Source of the DNA: Mustelus asterias
Taxonomy: Eukaryota
NCBI RefSeq assembly: GCF_964213995.1
Contig: NC_135804.1
Span: 69,998,001-70,062,000, forward strand
Length of the DNA stretch: 64,000 nt
Reading direction: 5' to 3'
Shown: positions 24,027 to 37,500 of the stretch, piece after piece
How the letters are laid out: each line of letters starts with the position of its first letter
How positions within the stretch are numbered: position 1 is the first letter of the stretch
Translations under genes and position numbers: made by a program
The notes under the pieces: generated by a model
Database searches by the model: none
Told to the model about the DNA's origin: nothing
The model's input: the letters and a program-made list of their open reading frames with translations, nothing else

Positions 24027-26385
24027 ATAGAACATAGAACAGTACAGCGCAGAACAGGCCCTTCGGCCCACGATGTTGTGCCGAGCTTTATCTGAAACCA
24101 AGATCAAGCCATCCCACTCCCTATCATCCTGGTGTGCTCCATGTGCCTATCCAATAACGGCTTAAATGTTCCTAAAGTGTCTGACTCCACTATCACTGCA
24201 GGCAGTCCATTGCACACCCCAACCACTCTCTGCGTAAAGAACCTACCTCTGATATCCTTCCTATATCTCCCACCATGAACCCTATAGTTATGCCCCCTTG
24301 TAATAGCTCCATCCATCCGAGGAAATAGTCTTTGAACGTTCACTCTATCTATCCCCTTCATCATTTTATAAACCTCTATTAAGTCTCCCCTCAGCCTCCT
24401 CCGCTCCAGAGAGAACAGCCCAAGCTCCCTCAACCTTTCCTCATAAGACCTACCCTCCAAACCAGGCAGCATCCTGGTAAATCTCCTTTGCACTCTTTCC
24501 AGCGCTTCCCCATCCTTCTTATCGTGAGGTGACCAGAACTGCACACAATATTCCAAATGTGGTTGCACCAAGGTCCTGTACAGTTGCAGCATAACCCCAT
24601 GGCTCTTAAACTCCAACCCCCTGTTAATAAAAGCTAACACACTATAGGCCTTCTTCACAGCTCTATCCACTTGACTGGCAACCTTTAGAGATCTGTGGAT
24701 ATGGACCCCAAGATCTCTCTGTTCCTCCACAGTCTTCAGAACCCTACCTTTGACCCTGTAATCCACATTTAAATTAGTCCTACCAAAATGAATCACCTCA
24801 CATTTATCAAGGTTAAACTCCATTTGCCATTTTTCAGCCCAGCTTTGCATCCTATCTATGTCTCTTTGCAGCCTACAAGAGCCCTCCACCTCATCCACTA
24901 CTCCACCAATCTTGGTGTCATCAGCAAATTTACTGATCCACCCTTCAGCCCGCTCCTCTAAGTCATTAATAAAAATCACAAACAGCAGAGGACCAAACAC
25001 TGATCCCTGTGGCACTCCGCTAGCAACCGGCCTCCAGTCCGAAAATTTTCCATCCACCACCACCCTCTGTCTTCGATCAGATAGCCAGTTACCTATCCAA
25101 TTGGCCAACTTTCCCTCTATCCCACACCTCCTTACTTTCATCATAAGCCGACCATGGGGTACCTTATCAAACGCCTTACTAAAATCCATGTATATGACAT
25201 CAACTGCCCTACCTTCATCAACACACTTAGTTACCTCCTCAAAAAATTCAATCAAATTTGTGAGGCACGACTTGCCCTTCACGAACCCGTGCTGACTATC
25301 CTGGATTAATCCGCATCTTTCTAAATGGTCATAAATCCCATCCCTAAGGACCTTTTCCATCAATTTACCAACCACCCGAAGGAAGACTAACCGGTCTATA
25401 ATTACCAGGGTCATTTCTATTCCCTTTCTTAAACAGAGGAACAACATTCGCTACTCTCCAGTCCTCTGGCACCATCCCTGTGGACAGTGAGGACCCAAAG
25501 ATCAAAGCCAAAGGCTCTGCAATCTCATCCCTTGCCTCCCAAAGAATCCTAAAATATATTTCATCAGGCCCAGGGGACTTATCGACCTTCAGTTTATTCA
25601 AAACTGCCAGGACATCCTCCCTCCGAACATCTATTTCCTCCAGCCTATTAGCCTGTAACACCTTCTCTTCCTCAAAAACATGGCCCCTCTCCTTGGTGAA
25701 CACTGAAGAAAAGTATTCATTCATCACCTCGCCTATCTCTACTGACTCCATACACAACTTCCCACGACTGTCCTTGACCGGCCCTAACCTCACCCTGGTC
25801 ATTCTTTTATTCCTCACATAAGAGTAAAAAGCCTTGGGGTTTTCCTTGATCCGACCCACCAAGGACTTCTCATGTCCCCTCCTAGCTCTCCTAAGCCCCT
25901 TTTTCAGCTCATTCCTTGTTAACTTGTAACCCTCAATCGAGCCATCTGAACCTTGTTTCCTCATCCCTACATAAGCTTCCCTCTTCCTTTTCACAAGACA
26001 CTCCACCTCTTTCGTGAACCATGGTTCCCTCACCACGGTTCCTTGAAAAAGTTCCACTTTTCATCAGTGCCTTTCCCTGACAGTTCTTGTTCCCATCTTA
26101 TGCCCCCTAATTCTTGCCTAATCGCATCATAATTACCTCTCCCCCAATTGTAAACCTTGCCCTGCCGTACGGCCCTATCCCTCTCCATTGCAATAACAAA
26201 AGACACCAAATTGTGGTCACTATCTCCAAATTGCTCTCCCACAACCAAATCTAACACTTGGCCCGGTTCATTTCCCAGTACCAAATCCAATGTGGCCTCA
26301 CCTCTTGTCGGCCTATCCACATATTGTGTCAGGAAACCCTCCTGCACACACTGCACAAAAACTGCCCCATCCAAACTATTTGACC
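24027..26385 (-). mobile_element. CR1 LINE, 5'-truncated
   Basis: RT ORFs 24104-25447 and 25365-26057 (KFADD, GVPQGS); (GTTCTAT)n tail. Confidence 0.95.
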
Positions 26386-26894
26386 GACAAAAGTAGGTGA
26401 AATAATGAAATAAAAATGAAAAAAACAATCAAACTGTGAGGTTGAATAGGATTAAAATTTTACTGCTTCGCAAAATCCCTTTTGTGGATGTGGATTTTCC
26501 ATCCTTTACACGGTTTATATCTGATACCAATCGACTTTTGACTAAGGTTAAACATAGGGTCAAGCGTGAGTTCAGGTGTAATACGCGTTTCATAAGCTCG
26601 GATCTAGTATGTCTCTTTTTGTAGGGACCATGAATTGGATACAATCTGAATTCGTATTATTATTCGGAGCCAGCAAGGCGATAGATTAAGAGCTTGCCCA
26701 ATCCAGTCTGTGCATTGGCTTTAAAATTCTGAGAAAGGAATAACATTTTAAAAATGGCCCCAAACCTGTTGGCCGTCTGTCACTTATAGGAAGACTGGAG
26801 GGTTGGCAGGATGACATGGAGACCTTATATTAAACTTTTGCCCTCAGAGAATATTGAGGACCTCAAAAGGTACGACAAAAGTTGGAAAATAGTG

Positions 26895-27945
26895 ATTTGA
26901 TTTGATTTTTTATTGTCACGTGTATGAGTGTACTGTGAAAAGTATTGTTTCTTGTGCGCTATACAAAGCATACCGTTATAGAGAAGGAAACGAGAAAGTG
27001 CAGAATGTAGTGTGACAATCATTACTAGGGTGAAGAGAAGATCAACTTAAGGTAAGGTAGTCAAAGAATCTACAGTGCAGAAGGAGGCCATTTGGCCCAT
27101 CGAGCCTGCACTGACAACAATCCCATCTAGGTCTTGTCCCCATAACCCCACATATTCACCCCCCTAATCCCTCTGACATTAAGGGGCAATATATCGTGGC
27201 CAATCAACCTACATCTTTGGACGGTGGGAGGAACCTGGAGCACCCGGAGGAAACCCACACAGTCACGGAGAGAATGAGCAAACTCCGCACAGTCATCTGA
27301 GGCCGGAATTGAACTCAGGTCCCTGGCACTGTGAGGCAGCAGTGCTAACCACTTTGCCACCATACACAGATATGTCCATTCAAAAGTCTGATGGCAGCAG
27401 GGAAGAAGCTGTTATTGAGTCAGTTGGTATGTGACCTCAGACTTTTGTATCTTTTTCCCAATGGAAGAAGTTGGAAGAGAGAATGATCGGGATGCATGGG
27501 GTCCTTAATTATGCTGGCTGCTTTGCCGAGGCAGCGGGAAGTGTGGACAGAGTTAATGGATGGGAGGCTGGTCTGCATGATGGATTCGGCTACGTTCACA
27601 ACCTTTTGTAGTTTCTTGCAGCCTTGGGCAGAGATGGAGCCATACCAAGCTGTGATACAACCAGAAAGAATGCTTTCTATGGTGCATCTGTAAAAGTTGG
27701 TGAGAGTCGTAGCTGACATGCTAAATTTCCTTCGTCTTCTGAGAAAATAGAGGTGTTGGTGGGGCTTTCTTAACTATAGTGCCGGCATGGGGGGACCAAG
27801 ACAGATTGTTGGTGGTATGGACACATAAAAACTTGACGCTCTCGGCCATTTCTACTTCATCCCCATTGATGTGGACAGGGGCATGTTCCTGACGATCTCC
27901 TTTATTTTGTTAACATTGAGGGAGAGAGTATTGTCGCTGCACCAG
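26895..27945 (-). mobile_element. Rex1/Babar-like LINE 3' part, split by a SINE
   Basis: TTLTNFYRCTIESILSGCITAWYG; (TCAAA)n tail near 26895. Confidence 0.75.
27063..27362 (-). mobile_element. HE1-type SINE
   Basis: Head and tail match the other copies. Confidence 0.8.
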
Positions 27946-28548
27946 TTATTTCACGAGATTATTATTAGCAGTAAACAAAAGAACATGGATAATATTCCCT
28001 TATTTCGAGTTAATTGGACTGGTTCCGCCAATTGTACAACTAATGTGCTGGCGCGAAATTCCGATCGGGAGCCTTTGGGCCCAATGCTAACGTTCATCGA
28101 CTCCGACACGATTTTCCGGGTTTGCTCACATTGCTGTGCGCAGAAAATGAGAACAGTAACTGCTCTGGTATCGAGTTAGAGAAAATTGCAACACAGACGC
28201 AAATGTATTCGCCCCGAAATCTCTGTTGCCGATGCTTTGGAAAGGATATCCAATTGCTTCCACCGATTGTTTAAATTCCCCATTTTCTTTAAAATATCTC
28301 CTTTTCGAAAATATGAAAAACATTATTTAATCGGCACAATTGGTATCGTTATATCTGTTGGGGAAAAATAATTTTCCTGCCCTTCATACACAACGCACTT
28401 GCAAATATTTCCAATTATCCTGCACTGTGTAATGACAGTGGTGCCACATGACCACACCAAGATAACAACGATCATAATTAACTGATTGGATACACGAAGT
28501 AATTAAAAATGTAGATACACGTTGAAGTGCTATCGGGAAGTATTTTAC

Positions 28549-29203
28549 TCAGCAGCTGGAATTTCTCTTCAAGATTGCAACAATGAGTAAAAGGAATACG
28601 CTTCTTGAAAATATCATGAGGAGATTGGGGACTAGGTTGTTAGCAGTGCTTTCGGATTCATCTGACTTTCGTGACTTCTCTACACAAACGATAATATAAG
28701 TTCTTTCACCAAATAATTTCAAATAACAGCCTAATATGTGACTCTTTGTGCTGGACAATAATGATCTCTGTATATCCCTGTGGATCAAAGTTCATAACTC
28801 AAAATTTCGTTGCTGAAGTCCCCAAGTTCCTTGCGCTCTATTTGTGAAATTTGTACAGCTTTTCATTGAATCTCGAGTCTGTATGCAGACGTTTCATGAA
28901 CTTATGGTTCGGCAATAAATTGGGATGCATGGAAAGGAAAAATTAAATGACTTGATGGATCTTACGAACCTTGAGGACAATTGAAGCTCGAGATGGTGCA
29001 AGCGGAAATGTCCTTTTAAAATGTACTCATTACAGACTCAATGAAGCAGAAATATTTTTGACCGCTGTTGGATAACGGTTAACGAGCGCTTGCTTAGCTG
29101 CTCGCTTGCATTGTTGAATACGAATTAATCGGACCTTTCACAAAAACTGTTCAGCAATTAGTGATGCAGTGAAAACTGTTGGCCCAAATTTGGCGAAGTT
29201 GCC
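28549..29203 (-). pseudogene. IgSF receptor remnant: decayed Ig exon plus Arg-containing transmembrane exon
   Basis: Remnant SGQKYFC..IVLKV with phase-1 GTAAG donor at 28965; acceptor at 28680; exon 28679-28549 KSRKSDESESTANNLVPNLLMIFSRSVFLLLIVAILKRNSSC*. Confidence 0.5.
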
Positions 29204-29998
29204 CTCTTTTTAGATCAAACCAAATAAACAAACTCAGATTAAGTCAGGACAAAGTAACAGGGGCAGCTCCCCAAAAGGAGGGGGAACAGCCCGAACAGAA
29301 ATCAAAGTACAAAGGAAACTTAAAAACATCAAATTAAAATGTGATTACTAGTGTCGATAACGCACCCCAACCCCTGTGGTGCCCAGCGGGGGCGGAAGGC
29401 GTCAACCGCGCCCGTGGACACCGAATTTGGCGAAGTTGCCCTCTTTTTAGGTCAAACCAAATAAACAAACTCAGATTAAGTCACGACAAAGTAAAAGGGG
29501 CAGCTCCCCAAAAGGGAGGGGGAACAGCCCGAACAGAAACCAAAGTACAAAGAAAACTTAAAAACATCAAATTAAAATGTGATTATTAGGGTCGATAACG
29601 CACCCCAACCCCTGCGGTGCCCAGCGGGCGCGGAAGGTGTCAACCGCGCCCGTGGACACCACATTTTCCCTCTCCAGGGACACCCGGCCGCGAATGTAGC
29701 CGCGGTAGAGGGGCAGACAGTCAGGATGGACGGCCCCCTCGATCGCCCGCTGCCTGGACCGGTAAATGGCGCGTTTCGGCAGGCCCAGGAGCAGGTTCAC
29801 GAGGAGGTCGCCATCCCGACCCTCCCCTCTCCACACCGGGTGTCCGTAGATCAGGAGCGTGGGACTGAAGTGCAAACAAAACATCAATGAAAGGTTCTTT
29901 AGGAAAACATAAAGGGAGTGCAGACTAAGGCACACAACATAGACATGGTCCACGGACTCCACAAGGCCACAGAAAGGGCAGTCTTCGGAGCCCGTGAT
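29204..29998 (-). mobile_element. Two tandem Tx1 3' fragments
   Basis: Near-identical to 17204-17770; AATTTGGCGAAGTTGC precedes each copy. Confidence 0.9.
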
Positions 29999-30749
29999 GA
30001 AGGAGCATTGCAAATCTCACCGAAATGAAGTTCTGTTTATATAATGAACTGTATCTGGTTCCCACATTTGAAATGGATGATGTGACCAGGAGTTACTTAA
30101 ATGCATTCAACAGACATCATAACTTATTACCAGCGGGGGTGGGAGTGGAGAAAATAAGGAGTACAGGATTGATTACAGACTAACTACTGCACCTTCGTGC
30201 ATAAATCAATTCAAATTGGGGCGGGGGGAGGGCGGGGGAGGGAGTGAAAAGGAAAGTGACATTGATAGGGGACAGTATTGTCACGAGGGTAAGATGTTTT
30301 TATCTGCAGCCCAAGACAGCAGTTCCAAAGGTTATCTTGTCTGTCCAATTCCAATATTAGGCATTTTCCCACGGTTGGAGATAAACTTGCTGTGATACAC
30401 CTAGAAGTCAACAACATAGATAGAAATATGAATTTCACCCCTTTAACAGAGTATGGGCAGTTAGGGTCCACACTAAATACGGAAGCTCAACAGTAATAAT
30501 CTCTGGTTTGTTACATAAACGACGTGTCTATTGGCACATGATCAAGCAGATCAGAGAAATAAACACAATGGCTCAATGATGAATGTGCCAAGAGGGGGTT
30601 TGCTTACTGGGGCCCTGGCCTAAGCAGTGCGGAAAGAGAGAAGTCTTCTACACAAATAGTCTCCACTTAAATGAAGATCAGCATCCTGGAAATTGTGGAG
30701 CGAAGACTGTAATCTAAGAGGTGTGGGAAGGAGGCGGTTTTTAAAAGAA

Positions 30750-31340
30750 AATCATTTAAGGGATGTAGGCACTGCTGACTAGATAGCATTGATTGCCTAT
30801 CCCCAATTGCTCTCGAGAAGGTGGTGGTGAGCTGAATTTTTGGACTGCTGCAGTTCCTGGGGTGTTGGTACACCAACTATGCTGTTAGAGAAGGTGATCC
30901 AGGATTTTTACTTAGCAACAGTGAAGGAACCGCAATATATTTCCAAGTCAAGAAAGCAAGAACTTCCAGGTGTGGTGTTCCAAAGTATCTGCTGTTCTTG
31001 TCCTTATGGAAGGTAGTGGTTGTGGGTTTGGAAAGTGCTGCTGAAGGAACCTTGGTGAGATCCTGCAGTGCATCTTGTAGATAGTACATATGGCTGCCAC
31101 TATTCATCTATGGTGAAGGGATTGAATGTTGAGGAAGCGATAGCAATCGAGGGGCTGCTTTGTCCTGGATGGTGTTGAGCTTCTTGAGTGTTGTTGGAGC
31201 TGCACTCATACAGGCAAGTGGAGAATATTCTGACTTGTGCCTTGTAGATGGTGGGGAGTCAGAAGGTGGGTTACTCACTGCAGGATTCCTATTTATATGG
31301 CTAGTCCAGTTCAGTTTCTGGTCAGTGGTAACTCCCAGGA
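30750..31340 (-). mobile_element. Non-LTR LINE 3' fragment (CR1/L2 superclade, EYSPLA family)
   Basis: SEYSPLACMSAAPTTLKKLNTIQDKAA; same family as 40272-40950. Confidence 0.7.
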
Positions 31341-31909
31341 TGTTGATAGGTGAAGGATGATTTAGAAATCTGTGAAGAAACATTGAGGTATTGGAGGTGT
31401 ATAGTGATTTAGGGGAGACAATGGGAGCGTGACAGGGTGTTTTCATGGCAATTTCCTGGAAAGGTAGGTTGTGTAAACAACTAGATACACATCTATTTGA
31501 GATCTAGAATTATGCAATTCACCAGTTTTATTAATAATCGAATATTAATGGGTCATCTGTGAAAATATGATCATATCCCAATTGAATTCCATATTAAGTT
31601 TGAGAATGTACACACACCACCCACAAAGAAGTATCCTGAACTTAAGTAAACATAACTAGATATGTCAAAGAAGAGTCCTGGCTAAGGAACATTGGGCAAA
31701 TAGACTAAAATGTATGGCAGTAAATGAACCAGAGAAACATCTAAAAACAATGCAAAATATTGAAAAAAATACATTCTTTTAAAAGCCAAAAGCTAAATAA
31801 GAAAGATCCATCCATGGCTTATTGAGAAAGCTAGTGGCGTTTGCTACAAATAAACCTGTTGGACTTTAACCTGGTGTTGTGAGATTTCTTACTGTGTTTA
31901 CTGAGAAAG

Positions 31910-32360
31910 CACAGTAAGAAGTCTCACAACACCAGGTTAAAGTCCAACAGGTTTATTTGGCAGCACAACTTTTCGGAGCACTGCTCCTTCATCAGGTGAG
32001 TGAGAACTTGTGTTCACAACAGGGCATATACAGACACAAACTCAATTTACAAGATAATGGTTGGAATGCGAGTCTTTACAGGTAATCAAGTCTTAAAGGT
32101 ATAGACAATGTGAGAGGAGAGGTACATTGTCTGTACCTTTAAGACTTGATTACCTGTAAAGACTTGCATTCCAACCATTACCTTGTAAATTGAGTTTGTG
32201 TCTGTATATGCCCTGTTTGTGAACACAAGTCCTCACTCACCTGATGAAGGAGCAGCACTCCGAAAGCTTGTGCTGCCAAATAAACCTGTTGGACTTTAAC
32301 CTGGTGTTGTGAGACTTCTTACTGTGCTTACCCCAGTCCAACGCCGGCATCTCCACATCA
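31910..32360. mobile_element. Fold-back Penelope-derived element with hammerhead motifs
   Basis: ~200-bp inverted arms plus 3' tail ..GGCATCTCCACATCA; TSD TTACTGAG(A/G)AAG; short extra fragment at 31826-31897. Confidence 0.85.
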
Positions 32361-32940
32361 TTACTGAGGAAGTTCAGGGTATTATTCGATTAAAAAAGCA
32401 GGCCTGTAAGGTTGCAAAGAATAGTAGTATCCTTGAGGGTTTGGGAGCTTTAGAAACCTGTGGATAAAAGCATGAAATGAATGAGGGCAGACTAGCCAGG
32501 AATTTGAAGTTGGATGGTTCTAAGTGCCTTGAAACATGTACAGAGAGGAGGAGAGTAGTTAAAATAAACATCGATCCCTTAGAGGAACAAACAGGAGAAA
32601 GTCATGGAGAATGACAAAATGACAAATAGCGAACAAATATTTAGTGCCCACCTTCTGAATAGCATATACAAAGTACATACTAAAAGGAGAGGGTATCTCA
32701 GAGGCAAAACAAAAGTGAGGAACTGACAGTAATAATCAGTGGAGATAACATATTGTTGAAACTTTAGAAGCGAAAAGCTTAAGAAAATTACAATGAATTG
32801 ATAGTCTACACACTAGCATTCTGAAAAGATAGATGCAGAGATCATGGGTGCAATGGTTATGATTTCCCAAAGCTCCCCAGATTCGAGAAACTCAGAAGCA
32901 TATTAGGCCTTAGTAAATGTAACATGTGCATTGATTAATG

Positions 32941-35642
32941 CACAGTAAGAAGTCTCACAACACCAGGTTAAAGTCCAACAGGTTTATTTGGTAGCAAATA
33001 CCATAAGCTTTCGGAGCGCTGCCCCTTCGTCAGATGGAGTGAAATCTGTTCTCCAACAGTGCACAGAGACACAGAAATCAAGTTACAGAATACTAATTAG
33101 AATGCAAATCTCTACAGCCAGCCAGGTCTTAAAGGTACAGATAATGTGGGTGGAGGGAACATTAAACACAGGTTAAAGAGATGTGTATTGTCTCCAGACA
33201 GAACAGCTAGTAAGATTCTGCAAGATCAGGGGGAAAGCTGTGGGGGTTACTGATAATGTGACATAAATCCAACATCCCGGTTTAGGCTGTCCTCATGTGT
33301 GCGGAACTTGGCTATCAGTTTCTGCTCAGCGACTCTGTGCTGTCGTGTGTCGTGAAGGCCGCCTTGGAGAACGCTGACCTGAAGATCCAAGGCTGAATGC
33401 CCTTGACTGCTGAAGTGCTCCCCACAGGAAGAGAACAGTCTTGCCTGGTGATTGTCGAGCGGTGTTCATTCATCCATTGTCATAGCATCTGCATGGTTTC
33501 CCCAATGTACCATGCCTCGGGACATCCTTTCCTGCAGCGTATCAGGTAGACAACGTTGGCCGAGTTGCAAGAGTATGTACCGTGTACCTGGTAGATGGTG
33601 TTCTCACGTGAGATGATGGCATCCATGTCGATGATCCGGCACGTCTTGCAGAGGTTGCTGTGGCAGGGTTGTGTGGTGTCATGGTCACTGTTCTCCTGAA
33701 GGCTGGGTAGTTTGCTGCGGACAATGGTCTGTTTGAGGTTGCGTGGTTGTTTGAAGGCAAGAAGTGGGGGTGTGGGGATGGCCTTGGCGAGATGTTCGTC
33801 TTCATCAATGACATGTTGAAGGCTCCGGAGGAGATGCCGGAGCTTCTCCGCTCTGGGGAAGTACTGGACGACGAAGGGTACTCTGTCCACCGTGTCCCGT
33901 GTTTGTCTTCTGAGGAGGTCGGTGCGGTTTTTCGCTGTGGCGAGTTGGAACTGTTGATCGATGAGTCGAGCGCCATATCCTGTTCTTATGAGGGTATCTT
34001 TCAGCGTCTGGAGGTGTCTGTTGCAATCCTCCTCATCCGAGCAGATCCTGTGTATTCGGAGGGCTTGTCCATAGGGGATGGCTTCTTTCACGTGTTTAGG
34101 GTGGAAGCTGGAGAAGTGGAGCATCATGAGGTTATCCGTGGGTTTGTGGTACAGTGAGGTGCTGAGGTGACCGTCCTTAACGGAGATGCGTGTGTCCAGA
34201 TGCAACCGATTCCGGAGAGTAGTCCATGGTGAGTCTGATGGTGGGATGGAACTTGTTGATGTCATCATATAGTTGTTTCAGTGATTGCTCACCATGACTC
34301 CAAAGGTAGAAAATGTCATCGATGTCTCTATTGTGTAGCATCGGTTGAAGGTCCTGTGCGGTGAAGAAGTCTTGTTCGAACCTTTGCATGAAGATGTTGG
34401 CATATTGAGGTGCGAATTTTGTCCCCATGGCTGTTCCGTGTGTCTGGATGAAGAACTGGTTGTTGAAGGTGAAGATATTGTGGTCTAGGAAGAAGCGGAT
34501 GAGTTGTAAAATTGCATCTGGAAACTGGCAGTTGACGGCATTGAGTACCGAGGCCGTTGCAGCAATGCCATCCTCGTGGGGGATGCTGGTGTAGAGTGCC
34601 GAGACATCCATTGTGACGAGGATGGTTCAACTGCTCCATGTGTGTTGAGTTTCTGTAGGACGTCCGTCGTGTCGCGACAAAAGCTGGGGGTTCTTTGTAC
34701 AATGGGTTTCAAGATGCCCTCGACATAGCCGGAGAGGTTCTCGCACAGGGTTCTATTTCCTGAAACGATGGGACGGCCGGGTGTGTTTGCCTTGTGTATT
34801 TTTGGGAGGCAGTAGAGATCTCCAACGCGTGGAGTACGTGGGATGAGAGCACGGAGGGTGCTCTGAAGGTCCGGGTCAAAGGTTTTGATCAGAGTGTTGA
34901 GTTGACGGGTGTGTTCTTTGGTCGGATCTGTGGGTAACTGTCTATAGTGTTCCTTGTTGTTGAGTTGTCGGTACACTTCTTCGCAGTAATCCGTTCTGTT
35001 CAGTATGACAATGGCCCCTCCTTTGTCTGCTGGTTTGATGACAATGTTGCTGTTGGTCTTGCGAGCGTGGATGGCGTTACGTTGTGCTTGGGTGATGTTC
35101 GGTGCTGTCTTGTGAGTGCGGCTGATGAATTTGGTGTTGACGCACCTCCTGATGGCTTGGGCATACATGTCAAGTCGAGGGCAGCGGCCTTCTGGAGGAG
35201 TCCAATTCGACTTCGACTTCGACAGCAGAAACTGATAGCCAAGTTCCGCACACATGAGGACAGCCTAAACCGGGATGTTGGATTTATGTCACATTATCAG
35301 TAACCCCCACAGCTTTCCCCCTGATCTTGCAGAATCTTACTAGTTGTTCTGTCTGGAGACAATACACATCTCTTTAACCTGTGTTTAATGTTCCCTCTAC
35401 CCACATTATCTGTACCTTTAAGACCTGGCTGGCTGTAGAGATTTGCATTCTAATTAGTATTCTGTAACTTGATTTCTGTGTCTCTGTGCACTGTTGGAGA
35501 ACAGATTTTCACTCCATCTGACGAAGGGGCAGCGCTCCGAAAGCTTATGGTATTTGCTACCAAATAAACCTGTTGGACTTTAAACTGGTGTTGTGAGACT
35601 TCTTACTGTGCTTACCCCAGTCCAACGCCGGCATCTCCACAT
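32941..35642 (-). mobile_element. Penelope-like element (RT + GIY-YIG), frameshifted, with inverted terminal copy
   Basis: KPADKGG, LPKIHK, GRPIVS, DVSALYTSIP, GTAMG, VVYLIRC..WYIGET; 35216-35611 is an inverted copy of the left end; TSD CATTGATTAATG. Confidence 0.95.
35514..35550 (+). ncRNA. Minimal type I hammerhead ribozyme in the Penelope repeat (antisense copy 33001-33037)
   Basis: CCAT-CTGACGA-AGGGGC AGC GCTCC-GAAA-GCTT-ATGG: conserved core, stem II, palindromic short stem III. Confidence 0.75.
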
Positions 35643-35949
35643 CATTGATTAATGGACAGGGAGCAGAGATTAGGGATAAGCAGGGAATTTTCAAGTTGGC
35701 AGGCTGTAAGTAGTAGTGTTGCAAGGATCAGTGCTGAGGCCTCAGCGATTTGCAGGCTATATCATTGATTAGACAGAGAGATTGAGAGCAATGTATCCAA
35801 GTTTGCCGATGATACGAAGTCAGGTGAGAATTTAAGCTATGAGGACCACATGAGGAGATATAGACATATGGATACAGAGAAATAGTGTGAGTGGGTAACA
35901 TGGTAACAGATGGAGCATTACGTGGGTCATGTGTGGTTATTGACTTCCG

Positions 35950-37500
35950 TAGAACAAAGAAGAACAGAGAACAGTAAAGTACAGTAACAGGCCCTTCGGC
36001 CCTCCAGACCTGTGCCGATAATGATGCCGTCCTAAACCAAAACCATATACACTTATGGAGTCCCTATCCTTCCATTCCACCCTATTCATGTATTCGTCCA
36101 GATGCCCCTTAAATGCCGCTATCGTACCAGCTCCCACCACCTCCCTGAGCAGTGCATTCCAGAGATTCACCACGCTCTGTGTAAAAAAACCTGCCTTGCA
36201 CATCTCCTCTAAACTTTTCCCCACGCACTTTAAATCTATGTCCCCGAGTATTTGACTTTTCTATTTAGGAAGGAACATCTGACTATCCACTCCATCCATG
36301 CCATTCCTAATCTTGTAAACCACTATCAAGTCACCCCTCAACCTCTGTTGTTCGAGTGAGAAAAAAGCGAGTTTCTCCAATCTCTCCTCATAGCCAATAC
36401 CCTCCAGACCAGGCAACATCCTGGTAAACCTCTTCTGTATCCTCTCCAAAGCATCCACATCCTTCTGGTGACGTGGTGACCAGAATTATACACAATATTC
36501 CAAATGAAGCCTCACTAAGTTCTGTACTGCTGCAGCATGACCTACCAAATTTTATACTCAATGCCCCGACCAATGAAGGCAAGCATGCCGTATGCCTACT
36601 TGACTACCTTATCCACCTTCGATGCCACTTTCACTGATCAGTGGACATGTACGCCCAGATTTCTGCCTGTCAATACTCCCAAGGGTTCTACCATTTACTG
36701 TATAATTCCTACATGCATTGGACCTTCCAAAATGCATGACCTCACATTTGTCCGGATTAAACTCCATCTGACATTTCTCCGCCCAAGCCTCCAACCGCTC
36801 TATATCTTGCTGTATCCTCTGACAATCCTCTTCGTTATCCGCATGTCCACCAATTTTTGTGTCATCTGTGAACTTATTAATGAGAGCAGCTACATTTTCC
36901 TCCAAATCATTTATATATACCACGAACAACAAAGGTCCCAGAACTGATCCCTTTGGAACACCGCTAGTCACAGCCTTCCATTCAGAAAAGCACCCCTCTA
37001 CTACTACCCTCTATCTTCTATGCCCAATAAGAAGTATCACAACACCAGGTTAAAGTCCAAAAGGTTTATTTGGTAGCACAAGCTTTCAGAGTGTCACTCA
37101 TTCTTCAGGTGAGTCTGGTGAGTCTTCAGGTGACTCACCTGAAGAAGGAATGACACTCCAAAAGCTTGTGCTACCAAATAAACCTGTTGGACTTTAACCT
37201 GGTGTTGTGAGGCTTCTTATTGTGCTTACTCCAGTCCAACGCCGGCATCTCCACTTCTATGCCCAAGCCAGTTCTTATCCATCTTGCCAGCTCTCCTCTG
37301 ATCCTGTGTGACTTTACCTTTCATACCAGTCAAAGGCTTTACTGAAGTCCACGTATACAACATCCACTGCCTTTACCTCATCTATCATCTTCGTCACTTC
37401 CTCAAAAAACTTGGTGAAGTTAGTGAGGCACCACCTCCCCTTCACAAAACCCATACTGTTTATCACTAACAAGTCCATTTGTTTCCAAATGTGAGTCAAT
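35950..37500 (-). mobile_element. CR1 LINE RT fragment
   Basis: DFSKAFD, GVPKGSVLGP, KFTDD, LERIQKRFTRM. Confidence 0.9.
37028..37253. mobile_element. Short fold-back Penelope derivative
   Basis: Inverted arms, degenerate hammerhead cores, TSD CTTCTATGCCCAA. Confidence 0.85.
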
